DNA of 64,000 nucleotides from an uncultured Clostridia bacterium (GTDB taxonomy: Bacteria; Bacillota; Clostridia; Christensenellales; UBA1242): NCBI GenBank assembly GCA_947629745.1, contig CANREZ010000003.1, positions 30,713 through 94,712 on the forward strand. The letters are read 5' to 3'. Shown in pieces: positions 19,177 to 28,792 of the stretch. Position numbers and translations under genes: made by a program. Positions within the stretch are counted from its first letter, which is position 1. Every line of letters starts with the position of its first letter. The notes under the pieces were generated by a model. The model ran no database searches and was not told the origin of the DNA. It saw nothing but the letters and a program-made list of their open reading frames with translations.

Positions 19177-19368
19177 TAATTTGCCACATACACAAACAAA
19201 TTTACTACATTTTTCAAATTTTGCAAAATATACAAAATATAGTAAATACCCCTATATTTAGGGCTAAAATCTAATTTTTGGTGAATTTTTTAAAAAATAA
19301 AATTCCCTAAATGTAGCCATTTTTGTGTACATCGCTTAGTCGTTATAGTAGTAGAATAGTTGCCATAG

Positions 19369-20940
19369 TTAGTCCCTACTATTCACTTTTTTGCTAAAAA
19401 TTTTTGTGAAATAGCCGCGCTCAGTTTCATCCAACACCCCGCAAAATAGCACAACTATGCCATATATTAAGCAGGCTGCACCACCCAATATGCCAAGTCT
19501 TAGCCAAATATTTTGATTGATCAGCATTTCCCGAGCAAGGCCTAGTATCATAATTAGCCCCACGGATAGTAGGATTGGACGGGCTATAAATGAGCCAAAC
19601 TTGATGTCAAGCTGGACGTGTCGCCTTATCACAATTATCTGCCAAGTAGCAGCCACAATCAGGAACACTGACTGGGCAATAATCGCGCCAAATATATTTA
19701 GTGGCCTGTATGACACAAGAACGAATATTAGCGCTGTCCTTATGATAAACGCAAAGCCAAATGCATACACATTATCACGCGGCCTATTTATGGCCTGCAA
19801 CACCCCACTGAATATCTGTAAGAACGCTTGGTATATTATCTCGGGAGTAGCAAGGGCAAGTAGCCTTGTAGCGTATTCATACTCCACCACACGATCTAAG
19901 CTGCCACCATACAGTATAGATATAATATCTGGCCCAAGGGTGAGCATTAGGATAAAGAATAGTAGGGATAATAAGTATCCGAATTTTATCATAGTGGTGC
20001 ATCTACTAGAAATATATCCTGCATCCTCCACCCCACTAATATTCGGCACAAGCACAGTTGTGAGCGCCACGGTGAATATGACTGGAATGCTTACGAGTGT
20101 AGCTACTACTCCATATGCGATGCCATATATAGATGTGGCCTCTGCACCCATGCCAAGAGAGTGCAAGATGTTGATTATAACGAAACTATCAAATAGCGAG
20201 CATAGCGGCAAAAATAAGCTAGAGATGGTGCTAAATATGCTGTACCTTAGGAAGTCTCGGAATAGATGCTCAGGTGTTGGTATCATGCATTTAGCCACGG
20301 GTTTGCTCCTAATATATACTAAATATCTAATAAACAAGATAATTAGTGTCACAAATTCGCAAATGGTCACCCCAATAGTCGCACCAAACACCGCATAACT
20401 TATCCCGCGGGATATAAGAATTCGTGCAAGGACCAGGCCAAAGGCGATCTTTGCCACCTGTTCCACAACGTTTGAGACTGAAGTTGGCACCATATTCTCC
20501 AATCCTTGGAAATATCCACGAAACACCGCAATAAGCGATGCAAAGACTATTGCTCCAGCAATTCCTATTATCCCGATGCGCGCATCTGCACTGCCCTGTG
20601 CCCTAGCAATAGGGCCAGACAAGAGTATCAGTATGGTGGCAGATATGGTGGATGCCACAAGGGCAATAATTAGTCCTGCTCGCAGCACACTCTTTGTGCT
20701 AGTATCATCACAAGATTTGTTGGATACTGCCACAAACCTAGCTACAGCCACACTCACTCCACTAGAACATAGCACAAGGAGTATGGAGTAAATTGGGAAA
20801 ATTAGATAATATATCCCAATGCCATATGTGCCCAAGATATTTGTTAGCGGGATCTTATATATCGCGCCTAAGCCTTTTGCAAAAAGCCCTGCGATAGATA
20901 ATATCACCGCTCCGTATAAGAAAGAATGTTTCCTCATCAC
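19369..20940 (-). CDS. MOP-superfamily flippase (MurJ/SpoVB/YabM-like)
   Basis: 523 aa, ~14 TM helices, N-terminal GAVILSIAGLFAKGLGAIYKIPLTNILG typical of the family. Immediately follows spoVT, as yabM does in Bacillus. Confidence 0.75.
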   Translation of the reverse strand: MMRKHSFLYGAVILSIAGLFAKGLGAIYKIPLTNILGTYGIGIYYLIFPIYSILLVLCSSGVSVAVARFVAVSNKSCDDTSTKSVLRAGLIIALVASTISATILILLSGPIARAQGSADARIGIIGIAGAIVFASLIAVFRGYFQGLENMVPTSVSNVVEQVAKIAFGLVLARILISRGISYAVFGATIGVTICEFVTLIILFIRYLVYIRSKPVAKCMIPTPEHLFRDFLRYSIFSTISSLFLPLCSLFDSFVIINILHSLGMGAEATSIYGIAYGVVATLVSIPVIFTVALTTVLVPNISGVEDAGYISSRCTTMIKFGYLLSLLFFILMLTLGPDIISILYGGSLDRVVEYEYATRLLALATPEIIYQAFLQIFSGVLQAINRPRDNVYAFGFAFIIRTALIFVLVSYRPLNIFGAIIAQSVFLIVAATWQIIVIRRHVQLDIKFGSFIARPILLSVGLIMILGLAREMLINQNIWLRLGILGGAACLIYGIVVLFCGVLDETERGYFTKIFSKKVNSRD

Positions 20941-21482
20941 TCAATATTCATTATTTCGTTCAAGTAATGGGATATGAATTTGCAGATAGCTACTTCGCTT
21001 GCCTCAAGCACGCGGTCTTTTGTGGTGAATAATACAAGGATAGATATCACCTGCCCATCATAGGATATAGGATATATTATTTCGCTCGTGTACTCTTCCC
21101 TATCTCCATCAATTATTGGTATCATCACTGAGCCATCCATGCGCCTTAGAATTGTGGGAGATTTTGATTTGAATTCATCAAGAGCACGTGAAATATTCGC
21201 GCCAAGATAGGCCTTCCTGCTAGCGCCTGCCACGCTCGTCACCACATCGGTGTCGGTGATAATAGCCCCACAATCTAACATGCGGGATAGCGCTGCACAT
21301 AGCCCCTCTGCGTAAATATGTATATCGCGTGTGGTGGAATATTTGGATAAAATGATCTTCCCATCACTTGCACTAATCTCAATAGGTGTTCCCACGCTAA
21401 TCCTAAGACTACGCCTTAACTCCTTTGGCACGACAATTCGCCCCAGTTCGTCCACGCGTCTTACAATACCATTACTTGACAT
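20937..21482 (-). CDS. spoVT: AbrB-family transcriptional regulator SpoVT
   Basis: N-terminal swapped-hairpin GIVRRVDELGRIVVPKELRRSLRISVGTPIEI plus a ~125-aa C-terminal GAF-like domain. 181 aa. Collinear with B. subtilis SpoVT as I recall it. Confidence 0.8.
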   Translation of the reverse strand: MSSNGIVRRVDELGRIVVPKELRRSLRISVGTPIEISASDGKIILSKYSTTRDIHIYAEGLCAALSRMLDCGAIITDTDVVTSVAGASRKAYLGANISRALDEFKSKSPTILRRMDGSVMIPIIDGDREEYTSEIIYPISYDGQVISILVLFTTKDRVLEASEVAICKFISHYLNEIMNIE

Positions 21483-21574
21483 ATTCCTTTCTCCATAATA
21501 TTCGTCATCTAGCGATAATTGCTACCCTAGAAAACTTTATTTTAGTTTGGCAAAATTCCCACCCATTTATGCAA

Positions 21575-21607
21575 AGAAAAAGCAGATAGACCTAGAGTCC
21601 ACCTGCT
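21575..21607 (-). terminator. Terminator after the 2347-aa gene
   Basis: Minus RNA AGCAGGUGGAC-ucuag-GUCUAUCUGCU (11 bp including two G-U pairs) followed by UUUUUCUUU. Confidence 0.6.
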
Positions 21608-21626
21608 AATTCTCCTATTTAGTTAT

Positions 21627-24600
21627 CTAGTCTGCTCTCTCAGCCGCAGCACTGACCTTTTCTACCTTCAAATTTAGTGTAACTTGCACGGTATCAAGGC
21701 CATCTCTAAGAACTAATACTACTTGTGCCGTCTCGCCATCGCTTGAGTTATTATAAAATTCTGAGAAATCCAATTCCGTTCGGCTAATATCCTCAGCTTT
21801 AATTAAATCTGGCTTATTAGTACTCATGAATACTATCTGCACGTTATCTGGAATAGTGTCGTAGAACTCATTTCCCTCAGCATTCCTTGCATAACCTAAA
21901 TAATCTGTCACAGTCAATCTACCACCATTTTGACTATTTAGTGATATCTCATCATTCTTAAAGCTTAGTTTTCCATCATGTAATTGAATGTTATCAAATA
22001 CTACTGATTGTGTAGCGCCATCGAATGGATATATAGTGATAGTAAATTTTGTATCCTCACTACTTGACCACGGAGCGAATAGATATGGTATGTCATCCTT
22101 GTATATCACCACAAACTTGGTGGATACAGCGTCATTTTCCTTGATAACTACACTGCGATAGAGGTCGGCATCAGTCTTATCTCCAATCTTAATCAAACTG
22201 CCAAGAGCAATTCCATTCTTAGCGTTACTATCCCCTGTCTCAGCCGAAGTGAAGTCTATCTTGACATCCTCAGCTGTCTTAGCAATGCTATCAATCGACC
22301 CTGAAGTGAAGTTTAGAGTGAATTTCATTGATGCTGGCACGTTAATAGGATTCTGGCTTTCTTTCTCAAAGGATATTGTGTAACTCAATTCTACATTTCC
22401 GCTATTTGCACCATTGTAGGTAACTAGCGTGCAAACTGGGTAGTACGCCACATTATCTCCCTCGACTTTCTCTGTCTCTAGTTGCTCTACCCTATATTCT
22501 TTGCTGGAATTTCCCGTCAAATCTATATAGGTGGAGTCAATTGTGGAAGTATTCCTTGCTGTGAAGATGGTGAGTTTTGGTGCGCTAGCAAATAAATCTG
22601 CTGTCACACTATCACCTGTCACAAAGTAAAGCACTACGCGTCGATTGTTGTCATATGTGTAGTATACGTTGTATTTAGCATTTCTTGCGATATTTGCATT
22701 ATTATTCCTTGTCTCGTAACTGCCTATATTTGGCTCTACGCGATAAGTCTTGCTCTGAGTGTGGGTGACAGTCTCTGCGCCGTCTCCTGCGACCTCGGTT
22801 GCGTTATTCTTCGTCCACTTGACGGTAATGCTGAGAGTAAATTCGTATGCAGCGTTGGTGGCAGGATAAGTTATCTTATTCTCCTCTACCTTAAAACGCC
22901 CATCCTCTGTCTTATCAGTAAATGCATATTCATAGGATATTGTCCAGTCATTTGTCTCATCCATTAAGCTAGTTGGATTAGATAATGTGGTGATATCCAC
23001 ACCATTTGCACTGCCATAAAGCGTCCTGCCATTTTCAAAGATATTTGTCACTGGCATCATGACTGATACATTTAGTGTAGCAATTGTCTGCTCGCCCCTC
23101 ATCACGACTATGCTTATAGTCTGGCTGTCACTGTCTGTGACTGGTTTGTTGAATCTTAGAGTCTTTACTCCCTCTGCGTCAGTAATAGATGCATCTGGAT
23201 TAGAACTTGATACAGTGTATGTATAAGCACTCTCATCTAGATCAGTTACCACACTATTGGAATAACTCTGTAGATTGATTATCTCATCCAACAAATTATA
23301 ACCCTTTAGTGCGTAAATGGAATTCATTCCAAGTGTGAAATTCACATTCATATTCACTGTGAGGACTAATTTTGAAGCCTCAGTGTTGGTAGAACTATCA
23401 TTGAACAACAATATTTCTAGTGTATATGTGTTGTATTTCTCAGTAAAGTAGAAATTCTGGCTATCACTTGTGGATAGGAAGTAAAGCTCTTTTCCCTCTT
23501 CTTCACCCACGATGTGGAAGTCACTTGCATTCTCACCAGTTACTATCATATACTTAGCAGTCTGGTGAGTCATCTCACCTAGCAGGTCATTGGTGGTCAT
23601 TGGATAGTTAGCATACACTTGACCTGTATACTGCGTGCTAAGAGTTGATGGTGTGGTCACCACGACTATATGGTATACAGCGTACACGCCTATGTGTTTT
23701 AGACCAACTTTGATGTACAAATTCTTGCCATTCGCTGTGCCGGAATGAACGGTGAATTTAGTACCCACTATATCCACAGCACTTGATGTCACACTCAGTG
23801 ATTCATCCTCATATGCAGTTAATTCATACTCATATTCTTTACCATTATTATTCTTGGTCAAAATACGGGATGCTGTCTTGCCAAATGCACTGGTTAGATC
23901 AACTTGTGTAGATGGGGCAATATTCTCGTGATCGGCAAATATTGGATATTTGCACTCCACGATCACATCAGCCTTGTGTGTGATGTATAGTGTGCCAATT
24001 ATCTCACTGTTGTATGTAATAGTGCACTTGTAGGTTGTATCACTATTTACTGATCTAGTTGCTGTGAGTTTAATTCCACTATTATAACTTAGTGTGAGGC
24101 TTGGTTCTGCCACCTCTACCCACTCACTACCAGTCTTAGTAGCAAATGTAATATCTGAATCATTAAATATTGTCTCAGTGACATCAGTATCTGTTCCTGT
24201 GATCTTGAATGTCAAGCCACTGACTGTGGTCTCACTTGCGACATAATCCTCACCATCGACTAAGTTTTCACTCTCGTTAACATATTCTAGTGGATTGGTC
24301 TCCTCTTTGCCCTCTGTAGTGTCAAATGTCACTCTTGGAGCAAAGGTGTAGTAGATAGTCTTAAGCGTCGTAGCCGTTGGTGCGCTAAGCACGTATTTTT
24401 CGCCCTCTTGTACTAATGTGTACACATTCATCTTAATATCGAATGTGACGTCAATTGACTCTTTGGACAAGTTGTATTTTACTTTGTTAGCATTGACAGT
24501 TAAGTTACTATTACTCACATCTGGCACTAAGGTTGGAGTTACCGTGCCGGTGTAAGTTGCATAGTGAGCTAAACTTGTAGTTACGCTTGGTTCAGCATTT

Positions 24601-27600
24601 TGTAGCAACACTTCATGCTCCAAGCCTTGTTTTAGCTCATATCTAGAGGAGCTACTGTAATTGCCAACCGTCGTCACCGTTACTGGTGGGTTGATAGTGA
24701 CAAAGAGTTGTTTATTGATCTGGTTGCCACTATAATACATATTTATTCTAGCAACTACTGGGCTAGAAACTACGCCGTAGTAGAATACAGTCTTGCCCTC
24801 TTCCTGCCCTAATGCGAAGTATGGAGATTCACTCTCAAGTGTAAATGTTAGTTCGCTATCTGATGCAAGAGATGCTCCTGCAGCAAGCGGTGTGACTGTG
24901 ATGTTGTCGGATAAATTTAATTTGCCGGCATCACCACCCTGTTCGCCTGAGCCGGTAACCGTTGCGCTATATTGTGTGCCAGCATCCGTAATCGCATCTT
25001 GTAGCGAAATCTGGATATCTGGTTTTATATCAAAGTGGTATTGCTCGGTCTTATTTAGCACGCTAAGAGATATATAAGCGTTGCTATATTCCGACACAGT
25101 GGATACGAATACTAGTGTGGTATTGACAGACAAAGTGGTTGTCCAGACTCGGTCGGTTGCTGCGCGTGCGGCATTCGTTACCTCAAACCACATAATGTCT
25201 TCGAACTCAGTAGGTATGGAGGCAACCACGGATGAAGTGATGCTCACACTGTCATCTTCGCTGAAGCTGACGAATATTGGGCTATTATCTGCCTTCACTA
25301 AACTAAATCGTCTATCTGTGCCAATCTCTTGTGGATGACTCTCATTATTTTCAGTACTGCCATCAGAATTCTTTAAAATAAACTGTGGGTCTTGTTGCAC
25401 GATCTTGATATATGTGACAAATTCATGCTTGAAGTGATAAGTCTTATTATTGAATTGATAACCTGTAGTACTATCCTCATAGGAATACAGCGTGAGTGTA
25501 AGTCTAATATACTCACCTTGATCTGCTCCTGCAATAACAGTAAATGAATATCCTCCACCTTGACCTTGTGCGGTGGTTATTCTTAGATAACTTCCAGTTG
25601 CGACATTATCTTCTTCAAATTTCCCGTTAAGTGATGAGCTATGCTCAACTTTCCAACTGGCGACAGTTTGGCTCTCAAAGGTAGCTTTGTAGTCCTCGTC
25701 TGTGCCAACTAGGTTGCTAAGATTTATCTTAAATCCTAATGGTCCTATAAATGCATATTCCTCAGTATCTCCCCCACGATAGAAATCTAACTCGGCGTTG
25801 ACATCTGTGTCTTTATCCAAGAATTGCAATTCGTTATTAGCGTTACCAGTAGCAGTGAGTGTTAGTACATCAGCCTCGCTATTACCATTTGCTTTCTTTG
25901 TAACAGTCTTACCGCCCTCATTTACGCCCTTTTCCTGATACATGAATATTGCATCGCTAGTATTGATATCCACATATTCTGGCATAATCTCAATACTTGG
26001 GTCAGAGGATACGCCTGGCAAGTCATCGGCAATCACCATGACTGAATTACTATCCGGGATCATGTTAATAATCGTGACATGGAGTGATACATATGGGTCA
26101 TTATTTCTATCTTCTAGCGTTTCATTAATATTGACATAACTTTCAATATTTGGAACGGAAGTTGACACTTCAAAATTACAAGTTCCATCTTCTAGCACCA
26201 TAGCGCTAGCACATTGCTTTGCCTTTTCGGCACTAGTCTCATAACAAGCCCCATCTTCGGACATCAAGTAGTTAGTAACGCGGAAGTCAATCTGTCCACC
26301 AACCATTGCTCTTATCGAGCTATTTACTCCAATAAATTGAGTGCCGTCTCTCATAACTTCACTATAATCAAGTGCTTCACCTGCATAAGTTGGGTCATAG
26401 TAGGTGGCAGTTTGACTATTTGAATTCATCTTGACTAGAGTGTTGTTGTAAGTATATAGGCTAGAAATATCTGACAACGATCTATTGTGTAAGATGTATT
26501 TGCCTTGAGAATCTGTGGTGTAATAGTAGTAGTCTTCCGAATATGAACGCACTTCGGTTTGGACTGACTGATTATTGTATGTGACCAGTTCGTATGAGCC
26601 ATCACCTTGTAGTCTTGGTTGACCAAGTTTATCTGTCTTGATGACAGCAATCAGAATGTATGCTTTTGTATATTGAATACCTGTGGTAGTTATGTTGAAT
26701 GGTGATACATTCATTGCTTGAATGGATAGTGTTCCATTACTGCTACCATAAATTTCGTAGTATTCTTCACCATTTATCATATGCTTCTTGTAATCAGCAC
26801 CACTTTGCTCTACTCGAATAGCTGGAATACCTGCGTTTGAGCCATTTGATATGGAATCAGCCTTAACCAAATACTTAATAGTCTTGAATGAGTAATCATT
26901 TCTATCTAGGGAAGCAAAATCTGTAACTTCAAAATGGTTAAGTGCATTCTGACCATTTATACTCACTGACCTACCATTAGTCACAAAATACTCTGGTAAA
27001 TTTGTATGTGTTTGTATATTACTTGCAAGAGGATTGATAGCATGGACATTTACTTTTACCACGTCCTCGAAGATGATGTCTATATTCTCACCGGATCTTT
27101 CCACTATAGTCTGGATGGAGAAGTGTAGATATAATTCGCAGCCATCTGGTATCTCGTCATAGGAGGAGATTGTCCAGCGGTCATTTGACTTTGTCACACT
27201 TAATAGTCCATCTTGCACTAAGTTTGAAATTTGCCTGAACGTATAATGCATAGAGTCATTGCCAAGGTCGGTCGTGCTGGTAGTTGGCTTTAGTGGAGCG
27301 AATACCCCGCTTTGACCATTGTTTGTGCTCCAATTCAGTCTGTCATCATCGCCGTTGCCTGCACTATTTAGCATCTTGACAAAGTTGGCCATATCTAAGC
27401 CTGTCCTATAGCCTTGGAACTCAAATTGTCGCTCGCTGCCATTCTTGTTGACAAGGAGTGGTGTGATCTCCACGTTCTTTAGGATATCATCAGTCACTTG
27501 CTCATTGTTTGGCAGACTGACTTTTAGACCAAATATTGATTTTAGTTGATCTAGTGTAAATACTTTATCCTCAAATAGATTGAAGTCCACTGTATCAGAT

Positions 27601-28670
27601 GTCAATGTCAAGGATTGGATATTTCCCATAGAAACGGATAGCGTCACGCTCTTTGATAAAAGCAAATATCTTAATGCGTCCTCAAAGAGAGTTCTCTGAG
27701 ATGTCGTGAAACTCACTTGATTTGCACCATTTTGCGTAATGGCGTTTGCAAATTCCTCGCCTGTCTTCTCCGTATTATCCGATAGCCTATAAGTATGGGT
27801 GTTTGACCTAATATAGTCTATATATTTATTGATGAACGCACTACAAGTATCAGCTGGGAAGGTTCCCTCAGTGGTATAGCCACTAGCGATAAAGTCCTGA
27901 TACATGATGTATCCTGGGAACATATATGCTGATAGAGTCGATGTGCCTTTTTGCAAAGTCTTTAGAGCAAAATTTGCTGTAGTCTTGTATTCACTAGATT
28001 GAGTGGTATAATCTAGCCCCTCAATGCTGATGACCGAGTCATCTGAATTTAGCAACCAAATATGTTTATTGAATAACTCTGGGGACAAGTTGGTTGCATT
28101 GTAATTTGGGTTTAGCGCATTGACTGGATTAGTCGTAATAGCAAGAGTTGTGGTATTGCTATCCGAGTAATCGATGAATGCCTCATTTTCGGTCAAAGCC
28201 TTGGTGCCAAGGGTAAAATTTAACTCAGTAGGATATCTATCGATAACGAAGATGAAATCATTTGCCTTATTTAGTGAGGATTGGTCGGTGGCAGATATGC
28301 GCACTGTTCCACCAAAGTTTGCATAAGTGTCTTTGATATGTACCTTGAATGTCTCACCCACTTTTACTTGAGATGGGATCTCCACAGATTCCTTGCCAAA
28401 CGGGACATTGAGGTTCACCACATTTCCCACAGCATCTTCTGGAGCGAAGTCTACACGAAGTCTAAAATCGTCCTGCACCATATAGACTGTCTCGTCGTCG
28501 CCTATGCTGTATTCTGGCAAATCGTCCACAAGGGTGAGGGACAACTCATCAAGTGGCTTTAGCTTAGTATTGAAAGCGTCGGTGAAAAAGTATAGGTATC
28601 CCACTACACCTAACACGAACACTAATATTCCTAATAAAACAAAACCTAGGATCTGAAAGACTTTCTTCAT
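21627..28670 (-). CDS. Giant (2347 aa) N-terminally anchored, beta-rich surface protein, function unknown
   Basis: Start ATG 28670, 5 nt after AGGAG. Signal-anchor ILGFVLLGILVFVLGVVGYLYFF. The remainder is T/S/N/Y/V-rich with few Cys, no LPXTG, and no internal repeat periodicity that I could see. One uninterrupted 7 kb frame. Confidence 0.8.
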   Translation of the reverse strand: MKKVFQILGFVLLGILVFVLGVVGYLYFFTDAFNTKLKPLDELSLTLVDDLPEYSIGDDETVYMVQDDFRLRVDFAPEDAVGNVVNLNVPFGKESVEIPSQVKVGETFKVHIKDTYANFGGTVRISATDQSSLNKANDFIFVIDRYPTELNFTLGTKALTENEAFIDYSDSNTTTLAITTNPVNALNPNYNATNLSPELFNKHIWLLNSDDSVISIEGLDYTTQSSEYKTTANFALKTLQKGTSTLSAYMFPGYIMYQDFIASGYTTEGTFPADTCSAFINKYIDYIRSNTHTYRLSDNTEKTGEEFANAITQNGANQVSFTTSQRTLFEDALRYLLLSKSVTLSVSMGNIQSLTLTSDTVDFNLFEDKVFTLDQLKSIFGLKVSLPNNEQVTDDILKNVEITPLLVNKNGSERQFEFQGYRTGLDMANFVKMLNSAGNGDDDRLNWSTNNGQSGVFAPLKPTTSTTDLGNDSMHYTFRQISNLVQDGLLSVTKSNDRWTISSYDEIPDGCELYLHFSIQTIVERSGENIDIIFEDVVKVNVHAINPLASNIQTHTNLPEYFVTNGRSVSINGQNALNHFEVTDFASLDRNDYSFKTIKYLVKADSISNGSNAGIPAIRVEQSGADYKKHMINGEEYYEIYGSSNGTLSIQAMNVSPFNITTTGIQYTKAYILIAVIKTDKLGQPRLQGDGSYELVTYNNQSVQTEVRSYSEDYYYYTTDSQGKYILHNRSLSDISSLYTYNNTLVKMNSNSQTATYYDPTYAGEALDYSEVMRDGTQFIGVNSSIRAMVGGQIDFRVTNYLMSEDGACYETSAEKAKQCASAMVLEDGTCNFEVSTSVPNIESYVNINETLEDRNNDPYVSLHVTIINMIPDSNSVMVIADDLPGVSSDPSIEIMPEYVDINTSDAIFMYQEKGVNEGGKTVTKKANGNSEADVLTLTATGNANNELQFLDKDTDVNAELDFYRGGDTEEYAFIGPLGFKINLSNLVGTDEDYKATFESQTVASWKVEHSSSLNGKFEEDNVATGSYLRITTAQGQGGGYSFTVIAGADQGEYIRLTLTLYSYEDSTTGYQFNNKTYHFKHEFVTYIKIVQQDPQFILKNSDGSTENNESHPQEIGTDRRFSLVKADNSPIFVSFSEDDSVSITSSVVASIPTEFEDIMWFEVTNAARAATDRVWTTTLSVNTTLVFVSTVSEYSNAYISLSVLNKTEQYHFDIKPDIQISLQDAITDAGTQYSATVTGSGEQGGDAGKLNLSDNITVTPLAAGASLASDSELTFTLESESPYFALGQEEGKTVFYYGVVSSPVVARINMYYSGNQINKQLFVTINPPVTVTTVGNYSSSSRYELKQGLEHEVLLQNAEPSVTTSLAHYATYTGTVTPTLVPDVSNSNLTVNANKVKYNLSKESIDVTFDIKMNVYTLVQEGEKYVLSAPTATTLKTIYYTFAPRVTFDTTEGKEETNPLEYVNESENLVDGEDYVASETTVSGLTFKITGTDTDVTETIFNDSDITFATKTGSEWVEVAEPSLTLSYNSGIKLTATRSVNSDTTYKCTITYNSEIIGTLYITHKADVIVECKYPIFADHENIAPSTQVDLTSAFGKTASRILTKNNNGKEYEYELTAYEDESLSVTSSAVDIVGTKFTVHSGTANGKNLYIKVGLKHIGVYAVYHIVVVTTPSTLSTQYTGQVYANYPMTTNDLLGEMTHQTAKYMIVTGENASDFHIVGEEEGKELYFLSTSDSQNFYFTEKYNTYTLEILLFNDSSTNTEASKLVLTVNMNVNFTLGMNSIYALKGYNLLDEIINLQSYSNSVVTDLDESAYTYTVSSSNPDASITDAEGVKTLRFNKPVTDSDSQTISIVVMRGEQTIATLNVSVMMPVTNIFENGRTLYGSANGVDITTLSNPTSLMDETNDWTISYEYAFTDKTEDGRFKVEENKITYPATNAAYEFTLSITVKWTKNNATEVAGDGAETVTHTQSKTYRVEPNIGSYETRNNNANIARNAKYNVYYTYDNNRRVVLYFVTGDSVTADLFASAPKLTIFTARNTSTIDSTYIDLTGNSSKEYRVEQLETEKVEGDNVAYYPVCTLVTYNGANSGNVELSYTISFEKESQNPINVPASMKFTLNFTSGSIDSIAKTAEDVKIDFTSAETGDSNAKNGIALGSLIKIGDKTDADLYRSVVIKENDAVSTKFVVIYKDDIPYLFAPWSSSEDTKFTITIYPFDGATQSVVFDNIQLHDGKLSFKNDEISLNSQNGGRLTVTDYLGYARNAEGNEFYDTIPDNVQIVFMSTNKPDLIKAEDISRTELDFSEFYNNSSDGETAQVVLVLRDGLDTVQVTLNLKVEKVSAAAERAD

Positions 28671-28721
28671 TTTAACTCCTAATGTCGTCAAATTTAGTAT
28701 GGCAAATTTTAGTATATTTTA

Positions 28722-28750
28722 ATTATATAAATATAGAAATTTTATGTCAA
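28722..28750 (-). promoter_or_regulatory. Perfect consensus sigma-A promoter for the 2347-aa gene
   Basis: Minus strand reads TTGACA (28750-28745), 17 nt, TATAAT (28727-28722). Confidence 0.65.
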
Positions 28751-28763
28751 ACGTATTGATGCC

Positions 28764-28790
28764 AAAAAAGAAAGACCCCTAAGGGGTCTT
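28764..28790 (-). terminator. Terminator after the 1478-aa gene
   Basis: a6g-aaagacccct-a-aggggtctt. The GC-rich stem starts 3 nt after the TAG stop. Confidence 0.7.
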
Positions 28791-28792
28791 AA

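Noticed and set aside
19517-20398. 293-aa plus-strand ORF
   Set aside because: It is antisense to the MOP flippase gene, which has the coherent TM pattern. Shadow ORF.
20937-21482. AbrB/MazE-type antitoxin of a toxin-antitoxin pair
   Set aside because: The 181-aa length with a GAF-like C-terminal domain, and the downstream yabM-like flippase, match SpoVT. No toxin gene is adjacent.
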